From assembly GCA_013239625.1 (NCBI GenBank), contig MU054323.1, forward strand, positions 1,612,001 through 1,676,000: a DNA stretch of 64,000 nucleotides, given 5' to 3'. This document shows positions 1 to 13,697 of this stretch, in pieces. The translations under genes were made by a program, and so were the position numbers. Under the pieces are notes generated by a model. It was not told where the DNA came from and did not search any database. It saw only the letters and a program-made list of their open reading frames with translations. The stretch's first letter is position 1; each line of letters opens with the position of its first letter. This DNA comes from Lama guanicoe. Lineage: Eukaryota.

Positions 1-409
1 CACTCATATATGCACAGCCATCATTACTTCCTAGACTTGAAAATAAGTCCAGAGAAGTGAAGAGATTTATTTTCCCGAGACCAGGGATGGAAGTTTTGTT
101 TAGTATTTATTACATTATGCCACATTGTAAAAATTAGGTTCAAATTTGGAGTACTGTTGAATTTTTGTGCTTTCTCTGAAGTTATGATTTTGGTTTATTG
201 AAAATTCCACTAAAATATAGAAGATGCTCTGAGTCGAGTTTAATGTTGTTATAGAAAAGTGCTGTTTTTACGAAGCACTTAATATACATAAAATCTCCTG
301 GACGAGGAGAGTATTAAATTTAGGCAGTCAGTCGCTGCTCTCGAGAAACCCACCTTTCCTAATTGAACTGATGTATTTTTTAAATCAGTGATTATTTGCA
401 TAAGTATTA

Positions 410-641
410 CAGGTGACCTTTGAACAGTTCAAGGGTGTTTAGGAGTACAGACCCCTCCTTCCTCCCAGCACAGTTGAAAATCCTCATAAAACTTTATAGT
501 CGATCCCTCTGTAATTACAGGTCCACATCCTCAGATTCAACCAACTGCAGACCATGTGCTACTGTAGTACTTATTTATTAAAAAAATCTGCATAAAAGTG
601 GACCCATGCAGTTCAAACCTGTGTTGTTCAAGGGTCAACTG
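410..641 (+). mobile_element. MER8-like (Tigger2-derived) non-autonomous DNA transposon
   Basis: Terminal inverted repeats CAGGTGACCTTTGAACA ... TGTTCAAGGGTCAACTG flanked by TA on both sides; ~230 bp; internal sequence fits recalled MER8 consensus. Confidence 0.85.
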
Positions 642-1574
642 TATATACTTTTTAAGGTAATACTTTAATGTGGTTAATTAAAAAGGTGAAACGGAACAAA
701 AAAAAATAGAGTGAAAAAGTCAATCTCCTTTCTGTCCTTAATGACCAGACTCCAGTTCTTTTAACTAGAGGCAAACATGGCTTCTAATTTCTTGATCCTT
801 CCAGAAGTATTCTGTACCAACATGTTAATGTATCTTAGAAACGTTCCATACCAATAAGTATGATGTCTCACTATTTAATGGCATCAGTGTCTCTACATGT
901 GTATCTTTGAGCAGAAGTCTAGAGATACATAGTAGATGTGAATGTCATGCTTGATTTGTAACTGTTGATAAATGTACAATTGGAGCATTTTTGATTCTCT
1001 AAAGCCAAATAATCTGAAAGTTGAAAGTCAGATGTGTGAACTAAATCATTTGAATGCCTCTTAACACTCTTACTTGGACTTTTCTGTGAGCTGCTTCTTT
1101 TAAAAATTTCCCAAATGCCCTTAAATAGCTTAGAATAATTATAAATGACATGAATTTACCTGTGAAATTAGTAGGTTTACCTTGAAGACCTGACATAGGA
1201 AAAGGTGACAGTATGGCTACCCAGAGTGTTATTTCCTTGTTAAAATCACCACATTTTTGAAAAGTTTGTCCAGTTTTGAACTAGTGCCACATATTTTTAG
1301 AAATCTCAATTCTAAATGTCTGTGTAATGTAAATTTTATTTTTTCGAGGAATTATTGTTTTGACATTAGTTGTACATTACTGCATAGATATGTGTACAGC
1401 TCTTTCTAAATTCTGAGGTTAGAGGTGCACAAAAACCCAGTATTATATATTGAAAGGGATGAAGTTTTGCTTTGAAGTAATTAATTTTGTTTTGAACTGC
1501 TCACCTGATCCCACACTCAGTCTTGATTTATGTTCTCAGAAAAATATCTAAAGACTTGATTCCTTTTTCACTGG

Positions 1575-2990
1575 CTTTTTTCTTTATTGAGGTATAATTT
1601 ACATGCAATTAAATAGACTCATTTTAAGTGTAAAGTCTGATGAATTTTGGTAATCATATATAGTTGTATAACTTCCACCACAATTGAGGTAAGGAAAAGT
1701 TCCATCGCCCTGAAGTTTCCATATGCTCCTTTGCAGTTAATTCTCTCTCCTAAACCTTGATCCCAGACAACAACTGATATGCTTTCCTCACTATGTTTGC
1801 CTTTTCTAGAATTTCTGTAAATGGGATCATGCAGTTTATAATCTTTGTATTTGACTTTCTACTTAGCATGTTTTTAAGAATTATCTATGTTGTGTGTATT
1901 AGTATCTTGTTCCTTTTCATTGTAGAGTGATATGACAGTATTTTTATTATTAATAATTTTTTATTTATTCACCAGTTGATGGAAAATAAGGTTATTTTCA
2001 CATTTTGGTTATTATGGATAGTGTAGCCATGAATATTCAAATATAGGTCTTTAAGTAGACACACATTTTCATTTCTTTTGGATAAATATCTAAGTGAGAT
2101 TGTTGGTTGATATGATCAGCATATGTTTAATTTTTTAAGACACTACTACACTCTTTTCCAAAGGGATAGAACTGTTTTGTGTTCCCACCAGCAATATATG
2201 GGGGTTTCAATTATGCTACATCATCACCAAAACCTAATGTTATCAATCTTTTTCATTTTAATCATTCTAATCGATGTATAGGGCATCCCAGTGTGATTTT
2301 CTTTGCATTTTTCTGATAACTGGTGGATTAAGTATTATGTACATATTGGCCATTCATATATCTTTTGTGAAATTCTATTTTTTTTTTTGCCAATTTTTAA
2401 ATTGGGCAGTTTGTCTTCTTGTTATCAAATTATAAGTGTTCCTTTTTTTTTTTCATGGATACAAGCTTTTTGTTATGTATATTTTGCAAATATTACATCC
2501 CTGAGTCTGGCTTATTTTTTCATTTTAAGTATTTCTTTCAAAGAACAGAATATTTAAAATTGTAATATCTACTTTATTATTAATTTTTGTTTCCAGTGGC
2601 TTATTTAAGATATCTTTGTGTCCCAACTATTTTTTCTATGTTTTCTTCTACAAGTTGAACGGTCTTTACCTCTTACATTTGGATTGGCAATTTGTTTCAA
2701 GTTAATTTTTGTGTACAGTGTAAGATCAGGATTAAGGAACATTTTTTTCCCATACAGAAATCCAGTTATGCCATCACGATTTGTTGAAAAGACGAATCTT
2801 TTTCCTCATTGAATTTCCTTGGCTCCTTTGTTGAAAATTGATGGACTTTGTAAGTGTGGGTCTGTTGCTGCACTGTTCTTTTCACCGATCTGTCTGTCTA
2901 TCATCACTCCAGTACCACCCTGTCTTGATCACTGTAGTAGTTATAGTAAGTCTGGAAATCAAGTAGTTTATTTTTGTTCATTGCCTCTAT
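1575..2990 (-). mobile_element. Ancient L1M LINE-1 3' fragment
   Basis: T-rich antisense L1 3' end (ttctttattgaggtataatttaca) followed by degenerate antisense L1 motifs such as ttcccaccagcaatatatg and tttgttgaaaagac. Confidence 0.8.
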
Positions 2991-2999
2991 TTTCTTGCC

Positions 3000-3365
3000 A
3001 GGTCACCAATTGACCTACATGTTACTAAAGCTAATAAACAATTTACAGTCTTAAATTTACTTTTATGCAGAATTTAGGACTACTGAAATTCCCTCTTTCT
3101 TGGAAACTTCTGTTCTCTTTTCATGTCAACACTTCCTCTTGCTTTATCTCCTAACTCCTTGCCTTTTGTTTTAAACTTCTCAAAGGCTTAAATATTCACT
3201 CTCATTAAATACTTGTGTTCCTTCAGTTCTCTTTCTCTGTTCACTCTAGATATTTTCTACTCTCAAGACTTCAGCTGCTTTTGTGCTTAAGACTCAGATG
3301 TGGTTCTTTAGCCAAAGCTTCTCTCCTCATCTATAGATCTGCTTACTTAACCAATTTCTGACATC
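3000..3365 (+). mobile_element. L2 LINE fragment
   Basis: ggtcaccaattgacctacatgttactaaa and ccctctttcttggaaac resemble the L2 consensus. Confidence 0.6.
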
Positions 3366-6219
3366 ACTGGGAATGAGTATGGTGATAGAGATGGTAGAGA
3401 CCCCGAGGTGTCTGACACTTCTAACTCTGGATGCAGTTCCGAGCCTTGCTGGAACTGGTTCCTGGTTCCAAGTGAAGTCGTTTGGATAGTGCACATTCAT
3501 TCAAGCCAGACACATGTATTCAGGGTCAACTGAATAAGCATTATGCATGTCAAATGCTAAGGGCTTCCTGGAAAGACAAAGTGGGGTAAAACCCAATTTT
3601 TACTTTCATGAAATGACAATCTGGAGCAAGGTAGGGCAATGTGGCATATTTACATCCAAGAATGAATTGGATTAGCTAGCACAGAATTGTTAAATGAATG
3701 GAATAGGCAATCAACACTACACGAGTCTTTCAGAGGAGGGAAGATTCTTTCAGCAAACCAAAAGAATTTGACAATGCTTTGAAGTCTAGGCAGCGATATG
3801 ATTAGCAGAATGGGAGCACTACATGCAGGGGACATTTCAATGGCTGAATGACGAGTTTGAAGTAACCTCGACATAGAATAAAGAATGAGAGTTGGCATGC
3901 TTTGGCAATGGTGAACAGTCTGCTTCAATTGTGGAGGCTTACTTGGCTCTCTAGTCTCTCCAGAGAACAAACTGCTATGCAGGTGAAGGAATCTCCAGGG
4001 ATTGAGGAGAAGTAATAAGGAATCAGGAGCAGAAAGCAAGCTAGGGTATCTTAGGACAAAGGGAAAAGAACTGTGGCAAAGAAACTGACCAGGATGCTAA
4101 AGGATTCTGAGCATATGAACCACATATAAAGCTTTATATGTGGGTTCATCAATTCACACATATTAAGTACAAAAGGTGCACCCTACCTGGCCAGAGAAGA
4201 GAAGAGAAGGAATTTTTTAAATTACCGGGCAAGGGGGAAAACTAGCATTTCCTGATTGCCTACTCTGTGTGAACTAAGGCTCTTCACTAGCCTTTTTAAT
4301 CCTCTCAACAAATCTGTAAGGACTGTTTTGCAGTATTTTGTACCCTGCCAGAATGTTGCACAGTTTGATTCTCTGCTTCACCAACTCTTATTTCCTGATC
4401 AAGACTCAGGGTGAACATGGTCTTCTCTAAAAAAGGTTTATGTAGCTTCTAATGGGTTGCTACAAATTCCTATAGATTTCTTAGATACCACCTATAAGTA
4501 GTTTTGTGTCGACTGATTCGCATGTTTGTCTCAGGTACCAGGCTGTGAGCATCTTGCATTTCTGAATCTGTAGGACATAGCAGAGGGGCTGGCACGGAAA
4601 GCATTCAGTGAATGGGTGCTGATGGCCTGCTGATGAAGTCAGGAGCTTAGTTCTTCCATCCTCTGGGGAGAAAGATCAAATCCAGTTGGATGGTTCCTTC
4701 CGTCAGCCTGATCGCTAGTCCCCTTTAAGTCATTTTAAGGTGCCATGGTGCTATGCCTTGCTTTCTGAGGGGAAAGGGGCTAAATCACATGCTGACTGTT
4801 CCTGTGGTGCTGGTAGCACTTAGGGTAAAACAGCTTAAATAATATTACTGAAGTCAGCCTCCTTTCATCTGCAGATTAACGTGGCAATGTTTATCACCTT
4901 CTGAGCCAGGAAAAGCTTTTATCGGGCTCATCTAACAGCTTGCATTAGCCTCTTGCAAGGACTTGCCACATTGCCTTTAAACTGAGATGCCGTTGAGTCA
5001 GCCCCAATAATAGTCAAAAAATGTGGAAACGTTTCTGATGACTGTCAGAATAGATAGCTTATTGAGCCCCAGGCCAGATAAATTCAATAAACTGCCTGTT
5101 TGGCAATGGAGGGGGAGCCATCAGCAAAGTCGGCTGACCCTTCTGTGGGCAGAATGACTTTGACTATTTTGCTAATATTTAGAAGAAATCTTTCCGTAAG
5201 CACCAAAGTAGAACTTTTCTTTAATAAGGATTAAGTGTCTGGGCTTCCGCAGCATTTTTCTGTGCCAAGACCTGAAAAGGAAGCTGTTGACCCCCCAAAT
5301 GGGAAAAGGTGCCTGTGTGTTTTGAATGCTCTGGTCCAAGGCCTAATGAAAGAATTCTGTAGTGTTTGTATCATCATAACTTAAATCTCTTCATTTACCA
5401 CCCAACAGAGACCTGCCTTTTAGCTGTGAGTGAAGTCTGAAAAGGCTGTCCTTTGACTCTGAAAATGAGAATGAGTGATTTATTCACCATCCATGGGAAG
5501 GTAGACTACAAATCCTTTGCCTTTTTGTCTTATTTTGTTTTAAACCAACACTGGTTGCAGTAACTGCTCCAGAGAAATTATTATCGCTAAAATCATGTAC
5601 ACTTTTATTAAACTGAGAATGGTGAGTCTGTGGCTGCCAGATGCCAGAAGGCTTATTTCACAGTTGTCCAAACACAGACGTCTCTCGTCCAGACCTTGTG
5701 AAGGCCCCACGACTTCACAGCTGGGATAGTTCAATGGGAGGTGTCAAAGGACTCAGTACAACCAGGTCTACATCCTGTGAAACAGACCAAAGGACACTTT
5801 CTATAACCTGGGAGGCAGGCAGTGGTCTGAGTAATTGTCCTAGTTCTGAAGGAGACTAGCTGCCTTGAACAAGCCGCCTTCAGCTTGCTTTTCCTTCTCA
5901 TAAGTGGGAATGACGCTTCTGCCCCTCTCTCCTCTCGTTTATGTGCCAAGGACAGCTTTTGAGAGACATGTACATGTATAAATTTGGCATTACTGATTTC
6001 GATATGCTAAATCCATTGATGAACCACAAATGATGTCATTAAAATGTATTCCACTGTAACCTGTATAATTTTTTTTGAGAAGACAGTTGTCTCCAGTCTA
6101 CATGTGAAGAAAACAAGGCATACTGGGCACTAAAGGGTATGAGTGAATGCATACCCTTTTGCATTCACACAGTTATGCAAAACTTTAATGAATTTTGGGA
6201 GAAGAGAAATGACACATAT

Positions 6220-6420
6220 CGATTGTTTACTACTATGTCCACCCACCTCACTGATTCTTCAAATTCCTCATACGTGCCCCACAAGAACTCTGAAAGGCAG
6301 GCTCTTTTATCCTCTATTTATACATGAGGCTAAGAGAAGCTAAGGAATTTATTCAAGTTCAACATCTAGTAAGATGCAGGACCAGGATTTGAACCTAGAG
6401 CTAGTCTGACTCCAAGGCTC
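6220..6420 (-). mobile_element. MIR SINE
   Basis: Antisense MIR core ending ggatttgaacctag...tctgactccaagg. Confidence 0.65.
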
Positions 6421-6610
6421 CTTTGGCAAGAATTAAGGCTTCTATATACTCCACATTTATCCAAGTCTGTGGCCCTTTTAAAGAAACCACTCATCAGAGA
6501 AATGCAATGACCTCTACTAATCTTATTTATAGGAAACTGGCCACTGAGTCAGAGCAGTTTAGAGTCTCAGAAAAGCACTATTGTGAACATTCAAGAAATG
6601 ACCACAATGT

Positions 6611-7086
6611 ATATTTATACAGTGGAATACTATTCAGCCACAAAAACTGACAACATAATGCCATTTGCAGCAAAGTGGATGTCCCTGGAGAATGTCATTC
6701 TAAGTGAAGTAAGCCAGAAAGAGAAAGAAAAATACCATATGAGATCACTCATATGTGGAATCTAAAAAAAAAGAACAAATATAAAACAGAAACAGACTCA
6801 TAGACATAGAATACAAACTTGTGGTTGCCAAGGGAGAGGATGGGTGGGAAGGGATAGACTGGGAGTTCAAAATTTGTAGATACTGATAGGCATATGTAGA
6901 ATAAACAAGATTATACTGTATAGTACAGGGAAATATATACAAGATCTTGTGGTAGCTCATGGAGACAAAAAAATGTGACAATGAATATATGTATGTTCAT
7001 GTATAACTGGAAAATTGTGCTCTGCACTGGAATTTGACACAACATTGTAAAATGACTATAACTTAATAAAAAGTTAAAAAAAAAAA
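6611..7086 (+). mobile_element. Young 5'-truncated L1 (ORF2 C-terminus, 3'UTR, poly-A)
   Basis: Encodes ORF2p C-terminus YIYTVEYYSA...SLICGI; AATAAA and poly-A; perfect flanking direct repeat aagaaatgaccacaatgt at 6593-6610 and 7087-7104. Confidence 0.95.
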
Positions 7087-7659
7087 AAGAAATGACCACA
7101 ATGTGTTAATTTCGGGTGTATGGCAAAATGTCCCAGAAATTGACACATTGTAACTGACTATACTTCAATTTAAATTTAAAAATATTCAAAAATAATAAAA
7201 CACACCCCTGAAATACTGGCAGGATACCAAATATCCCAGAAGATTCGTCCCCTTCCTTCAAAGCTCTAACCACCAGGGCCAGATGTCCTCAAGACAAGGT
7301 TGCAAGTTCTCAGCAGAGCATTAGTTAAAAGTGTCTCCTTTTTAGCATTCATTTCGGACTTGAATCACCTTTGCACAGTGCCAACAATGGGCCAGAGGCC
7401 CCATTATAATTGAATCTGTTAAGTACATTTTTATTCATCTTGAAAGCAACCCAAGGAAGGAAAGCAACAAGGCTGTGGTCACACCATTAGCGCATACTCC
7501 TCCTCCCAGCTGGTTTACTACCTCCAAAGTGCAGGTTCCATCATCTCTTAAAGGAACTACAAAAAGCACCTTCTAACTGATCTATTTGCTTCAAAACACT
7601 CATGACCTTTGACAGGCACACATCAGCCAGACAAATAAAACACAAATCATTTTCAAACA

Positions 7660-8150
7660 GCCCCCCTGCAAAAGCTTCCCATCTCACTCAGTCTAAATTC
7701 CAAAGTCCTTGACAGAGCCTGTGAAGTCCTCTGCGGCTGACCCCTGCCTGTCTGCCTAACCTTCTCTCCCGCCTCTTCCCTCTCGCTCACCTGGCTCCAG
7801 GGGCACCGGCTTTCTTTTGTCTCCTTAACCCCCGAGCAGAGCTCGTTCCACATTCTGGCTCTTGAGCTTGGTGCTCCCTCTGCCTGGACTTCAGGCAGAC
7901 CTCTGGGTGGTACGCTCCTTTACACCTTTCAGCTAGGACTTCTGTGAGCACGCTCGCTGAGCAGCTGCCTCCTCACTCCCACCCCGCTATCTTCTTCATA
8001 GATTATTAGATTTTGTTTGCTTGTCTCATGTCATTAGAGTAACAACATAAAGAAGAAATTTTGCCTTGTTTTTCGTTATTTCCCCAGAGCTGGCAGCGGT
8101 GCCTACTATGTAGCAGGTGTTTAATACATCCTTGTTGAATGAAGGAGTGG
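7660..8150 (+). mobile_element. L2 LINE 3' fragment
   Basis: cttcccatctcactcag...aaattccaaagtcctt and terminal gtgcctactatgtagcaggtgtttaatacatccttgttgaatgaa. Confidence 0.75.
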
Positions 8151-9173
8151 ATGAAGTTAACGTTTGAACCCAAACCTTCCTGAAGCCAAAGCCTGAGCTT
8201 TGACCACCAACACGCAATTTTTGATTGAATTCTTGAGATGGATTCAGTTCTGGTGAGACTTGGTGAAGAGTACACAGGGGTAATGCCTGGTCCCTCTCTT
8301 TCAGATGTTTATAACTTAGTTGTGATACCAGACTCTTCTGTTCTTGAAATAACAGATACTACAAATAAGTCCTGGGTGAAAAGGTGGCAGCAGAGGGCAT
8401 CAGAATGTACAAGAGTGGTCAGTCAGTGAGGACCCAGGCGATCCCCAGAGGCTCCCTAGGGGTGAGGAACTTGATAGGAGGCTTGAATGGTGGAGGCAGT
8501 TTAGAGATGGGGAAAAAGGACTATCGGCTTCTTGCATAAGCCAAAGTCAGGTGAGTTTATCCAGGAGAGTCTTGTAAATGACATGTGCTTTAGGGCATTC
8601 CAGTCTGGGCACATTTGTTAGATCCTTTTGTCTTAAAAACAAAAAACAAAAAATAAGCCCACTCATCCATTATGTATAAATACGATTTCATGAGAAAGCA
8701 AGACCAGCAAGGGAAGAGGCGAGGGGGAAAGGGAGTGAGGTTCTGGGTTTCCTATTTATGATGGTGGCTGGGTGGGGGGAGATGCACCAGGACCCGGCAC
8801 AGAGTGTCACATAATTATTGGCTCTCTTACCCTTGAAGGTCTCCTATGTAGGATTAACCTGGAATTCCATACTTTCTTGAGAAATAAATCTCCAACAGGA
8901 CTCATACGATGAAGCTACCTCTTTGGGGCAGGTGAGGGGCAGAGCTGCCCTGCAGCATCATGTCTGCCCAGGGAGGGGCTGCACAGAGCCCTGGCCACTG
9001 ACAGAGGCCATCCAAGAGTTTCTTAGAGGGCCACAGCTGCCCCTCATGAGGACTGCCCCTCAGAAGGAACTCCCCGACCTCTAACTGTGGCTCCCGGTGA
9101 AGTGTTGATAAGGAGATCCCTGAGGACTAGGTCATCAGCTGGTTAAGATGACTTACTATGCTCAGAATTCATG

Positions 9174-9220
9174 TCCATCCATCCATCCATCCGTCCATCC
9201 GTCCATCCACTCATTCATTC
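9174..9220. repeat. (CCAT/CCGT)n tetranucleotide repeat at an L2 tail
   Basis: ccatccatccatccatccgtccatccgtccatccactcattcattc. Confidence 0.8.
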
Positions 9221-9739
9221 AACAGGCAGGTGCTCTAAGCCAAGTATCATGCAAATTGCAGGGGCTATGGTAAGGGTTAGACAGTTTCCTGGACCAACTC
9301 ATCGTCTATTCACAAAGAAAACCTTATGCAGTTAGTGTCTTAACCCTCTGCTGGTGCTTCCAGGTCTGAGCTGAATGAAATCCAAGCTTGTCCACAAAAG
9401 CACACCAAACCAAACCAAAAGGCTCCATGAAGGGAGAGACTATGCTTAACCTTTTCCTCTCTCAAGCTCTTCCTGGAAAGGTGATAAACGAAGATTTGGT
9501 CCCAACAGGGCTGTAGACAAGGGATTTGCATTTTAAAGTTTGACAGATATTTATAGGCCTTTTGATCTCCTTTCTCCCCTCTACCCATTCCCCCGCCCAA
9601 GGCTTGCCTGCCTCCTCCTTCGCCGCCCCCCCCCCATTTCTCTACGCTGTACCAGGTACAGATTTGAGAAATGATGGCTCCAGGTACAGAGGTTTCCAGC
9701 CTATGTGCCCTGGGTGCTATGCTCATAGTCATATAGCTC

Positions 9740-9955
9740 CTATTTATTGAATACCAACTGTATATCAAGTACTTTTGTTAATTTCTCACCCCCATAACCT
9801 CCCTGCAAGTTTTGTTATTTACCTTTTTTTGTGGTTGTTAAGGGAGGAGAAAAATGAGGCTCAAAGAGGTTCAATATCCTGCCCCAAGTCACTATTAAGA
9901 AGTAATGGGGACAGAATTAAAACCCAAGTCTGTGTATCTCCAAACCTATGGCCTT
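9740..9955 (-). mobile_element. MIR SINE
   Basis: gagaaaaatgaggctcaaagaggttcaatatcctgccccaagtcac core. Confidence 0.7.
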
Positions 9956-10469
9956 TTCATTCAGCCAGCCTGACTCCGGTGGCTGTTGCAGGCTACTTAG
10001 CTAAGCTCCTTCTTGGACAAGATTACCCTCCACTGCGGTTTTCTTGCTGGTGTTATTCTGGAAATAGCCCAATAAACGTCACAATTTGATTTACTCAGGA
10101 CAGACTTGCAGCTGTCTTCCTTTGCAGCTCCTCTTGGAGGTTTCCTTTCTTTCTACTCGTCTTTCACACAGACGTCTGCGGCCCAACAGCTGCACGGCTT
10201 GGTTTGGACCCATCCTCTGCAGCCCTGTAGGATTTGCTGAACAGAGCTGCTTTCTGACCCAGAGAAAGCCTGTTGGAAACAAGCTCAGAGTCTCAGACCC
10301 TTACATTTTTGCTGCTGGAAGGGATCCTAGAAACCATCTAGGAAACAGAGGTTCGGAGAATGACTCATGCAAAGTAGCCGGTGTCAGGTTTATGAGAAGA
10401 CATGCTGTGTGTTTGCTGTGCTAAATGTGAAAGATGAAAGAGACGAATCCCACAGGCACCTCCGTGGGC

Positions 10470-10625
10470 TCGGTGCTTTGTCTTATTTAATCTTCATCAC
10501 AACCCAGCGAGATACAGTTCATAACTACCCTCGTGTTACAGCTGAGCCCTGGCTCAGAGGGAAAACTGATCAAAGGTTCTGCAGTGAGTGGCTGGTGGAA
10601 CCAGGATCTGAACTCAGGAGACTAA
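10470..10625 (-). mobile_element. MIR SINE
   Basis: tcttatttaatcttcatcacaaccc...ggctcagagg...ccaggatctgaactcagg. Confidence 0.65.
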
Positions 10626-12964
10626 CACAAACCATCCTTTCCCAGGGCAGGTGGTGGGGCGCGCTGAAGGGCACAGGTTCCTGGCAGAGGTGACCGGCCT
10701 GTGAAACATGCTCCTGGGCTGAAGAGCAAAGAGCCAGCAGAACAAAGAGCTGGACGCAATCCTTCTGTGGATTTCTTGAGAGGGCCAGTCTGTATTCGAA
10801 GATCAGCCGGCATTCACCAACCACCTGGGTTGGCATTTGGACCAAGAAGGCCTCCCCTGGAAACAAGGATTACTCACCTACCTGCAGCCTCTCCCCAAAC
10901 TTTCTGAGACTGGCTTTTACAAGTCAGAAGATTAGGCAAGTTCCCTTCCTCCTTGGAAAATCCCATCCCCATCCTCAAAGACGAGGCCTTGAAGTGCCAA
11001 ACTGGGAGTCATCAGAAAGTCGTTGCTGGGGCTGAGTTTTCCTGTTGAGGGTGAGAGATCAGGTTCAAAGCTTGAGCTGCAGCTTCCTCACCTTCACTCC
11101 CCACCCCGCTCCAGTCCAGAGAGGGGCTTCTCCTTCCCCTGCCCTGGGGCATTCCTGCAAACGCCTTGGGGTGGCTGAGCTGGGGGTCAGACGGGGAGTT
11201 TCAGGCATCCTCTCTGCTCTCCCCAGATACCAGCCTCACAGCAGAGGCCCCGGGGAAGCTTCCTCTCCAGGAAGAATGGCTGCAGAAGCAGAAATCTCCC
11301 CTCTAACCACCAGGGTGGATTCTGGTGTCAATTGTGCTGCTCCTTGGAAAGGTCTCTCCTAAATGATTCTGGTCAGCTGTGCAGCTGTGGGGCCCCGTGC
11401 TCAGAACGACATGAGTAGGAGATGATGCTGGTCCAACGGCTTTAAATCTCACCCAGCAAGCCCTCTCTGCACAGCCCCAGTTGCTCCTACGTTATGGCTC
11501 CCAATTCATTTCTACCAAAACACTCTTTCTGGCCATCCATCCCTCCGACCTAACCTCAATTCTCAGAAATGAGATACACCATCAGGAGGACAGGCTGTCA
11601 TCGGTGGCACTCAATTGTGCCTCAAGGGACCCTTTGGATCTCAGTACATAAGGAAACTTCTCTGCATCTTGATGTCACCCATCCTGGAGCAAACAGTTCA
11701 CCTGCTAGTGACAGCAGCACAATGATCCTGCCTTGGCATCGCTTTGCTAGATCTCCAGCGATGACGTTTTCTCTTTCTAGAAAGCGCTCAACGTTGTTAT
11801 CAATCCATCCAGTAGCTGGTAGCCCTTTTTCAGTTACACAAAACCTTTAAAACTTTTGATAATCTTTTAGTTACCAGTAAAGTTTACATGGGAATGTACG
11901 CGATGATTGCTGTGTGCTGTATCTGATGCCCGAAGCCCACTTCTGACCTCTGTCACACTGCTAACCTCTGATCTAGAGAGTGAGCACCCTGGTCCGGAGA
12001 CCTCGACTGGTTCCTTGTACATCTCCAGAACATAGTGGGGTTTCTGCTACATAATAGATACAGTTCCTGGGAAATGTGTGTTGCCAGTTGAATGAATTAG
12101 CTTATCTGAAAGTGAGTTTGTGAGAGCAAAGCTGGCTTGGTGATACCCCATGGAGGAGGCCATTGCTTTTTCAACCCAGTAAGGGTGACATTAAGTGACT
12201 GTGCACAGCTCAAAGGGAGCCAATGGAAATGAGAGAGGGTAGGACGCATGAGGCTGCCCAACATTGACAGGGGAAACTGCTGGATCCGGTGCCAGATGAG
12301 TGCCTTGGGGACTGCAAATCTCTAGACCAACTGTTCTCAAATTCAGACTTTGTAGGACTTGTCTGAAGAGTCTGTTAGACAAATTGTTGGCCCCCACTGC
12401 CATAGCTTCCAAGTCAGGGGCTCTTTGGGTCACACTTAGAGACACACTGCTATACATCAGAGAGGAATGTAGGGGGTGAAGAAAGTAGAGAAGGAAAATA
12501 ATGTTGTTTGGGGGCACAGATCCATTCACCATAGTACAGTCAGAATAACGAATCTCTCTCTCTCTCCCTCCTTCCCTTTTTCTCTCTCTGTCTCTCTCTC
12601 TCTTTCTACCTCCTTGTTTTAATCCACTGCAGCCATAAAGAGCTTTTGAAAGTATATAACACACTGTTCAGAGTGATCAAATATTAGCCTGCAGGGATTT
12701 TTTTTTTTTTTGGCTGGAATCAGTGCTCTGGCAGGGGCTGGTCACTGAGCAGGCAAGAGCCACTCAACAGGTACCTTAGGTGGTAACAAGGAGATGAGCA
12801 CAGCCCACGAGCCCTCCCCTTGGGCTCCCATGGTGGGAGAATCTGCGAGACCAGCCCAGGATGTGAGCTGTTTTATCGAGCTCTGTATTTCAGGTGCTTC
12901 TCCTCAAAGGATGTAAAAAAGAACAGAGATGCCAAGAATGCTTCTAGCCATGGCTGGCGTCTCA

Positions 12965-13140
12965 GAGGTACTTTCAAACACAGGTTCCCAGACTGGGATC
13001 GGCAAGCTGTAGAGTTTTGTGAAACACGGATGTCTGGGCCTCACACCCATGAACTCTGGCTCAGAGGGTTTGGGGTGATCCCAGGAACCTGTGCTCTTTT
13101 AAAACTACCAGGACATTCTGATACAGATTTGGAAACACTC
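12965..13140. mobile_element. MER5-like hAT-Charlie DNA transposon fragment
   Basis: gatgtctgggcctcacaccc...ggtttggggtgatcccaggaacctgtgctcttttaaaactaccagg...ttctgat...tttggaaacact. Confidence 0.55.
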
Positions 13141-13408
13141 AGAGGACCCTAGCACCACAAAGTCTGTTTTGGTCCTCCAACCAGCTAAGGTCCAAAGTTC
13201 CCATCTTAGATCTGGGTGTGGCTGCCTCCAAGCCTTTTCCCTCTAATCCTATTTCAAGACGCAGTTCTGATGTCACTTTGTTCAGGAAGCCTTCCTGGGT
13301 TGTCCAGCTGAAATTTATTTCCCCCTTCTCTCTCCTCCCACAGCACATTTCCAGCGTCTTTACAATGCTTCATAGCATGATCCACCTCCTCTTATGACAT
13401 TCGTACAC

Positions 13409-13697
13409 CAGAACTGTGCAAAGGAAATATAATGCCAGTAATCTTTAATTTTCTACTGGCCACATTTTGTTTAAGGGAAATAAATAGATAAAATTAATCT
13501 TAATAACATGTTTGATTTAACTCAATATATCCAAAATGTTATTTCAGCAGGTAATAATATAAAAATAATCAGTGAGATTTTAAAAAATCACACTGAGTAT
13601 TTGAAATCTGGTACATAGTTTACACTTAGAGCTCATTTCAGCTTCAGCTACATTTCAAGGGCCACATGTGGCGGTTGAGGCCATATCGAGTTGCCTA
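13409..13697 (+). mobile_element. MER33-like hAT-Charlie DNA transposon
   Basis: gaaatataatg...ttttctactggccacatt...tttaactcaatatatccaaaatg...gctacatttcaagggccacatgtggc fits recalled MER33 consensus. Confidence 0.8.

Noticed and set aside
1..1570. GEN1 terminal exon or 3'UTR expected from synteny
   Set aside because: No GEN1 coding sequence recognised; the AT-rich sequence could be UTR but this cannot be supported from the window
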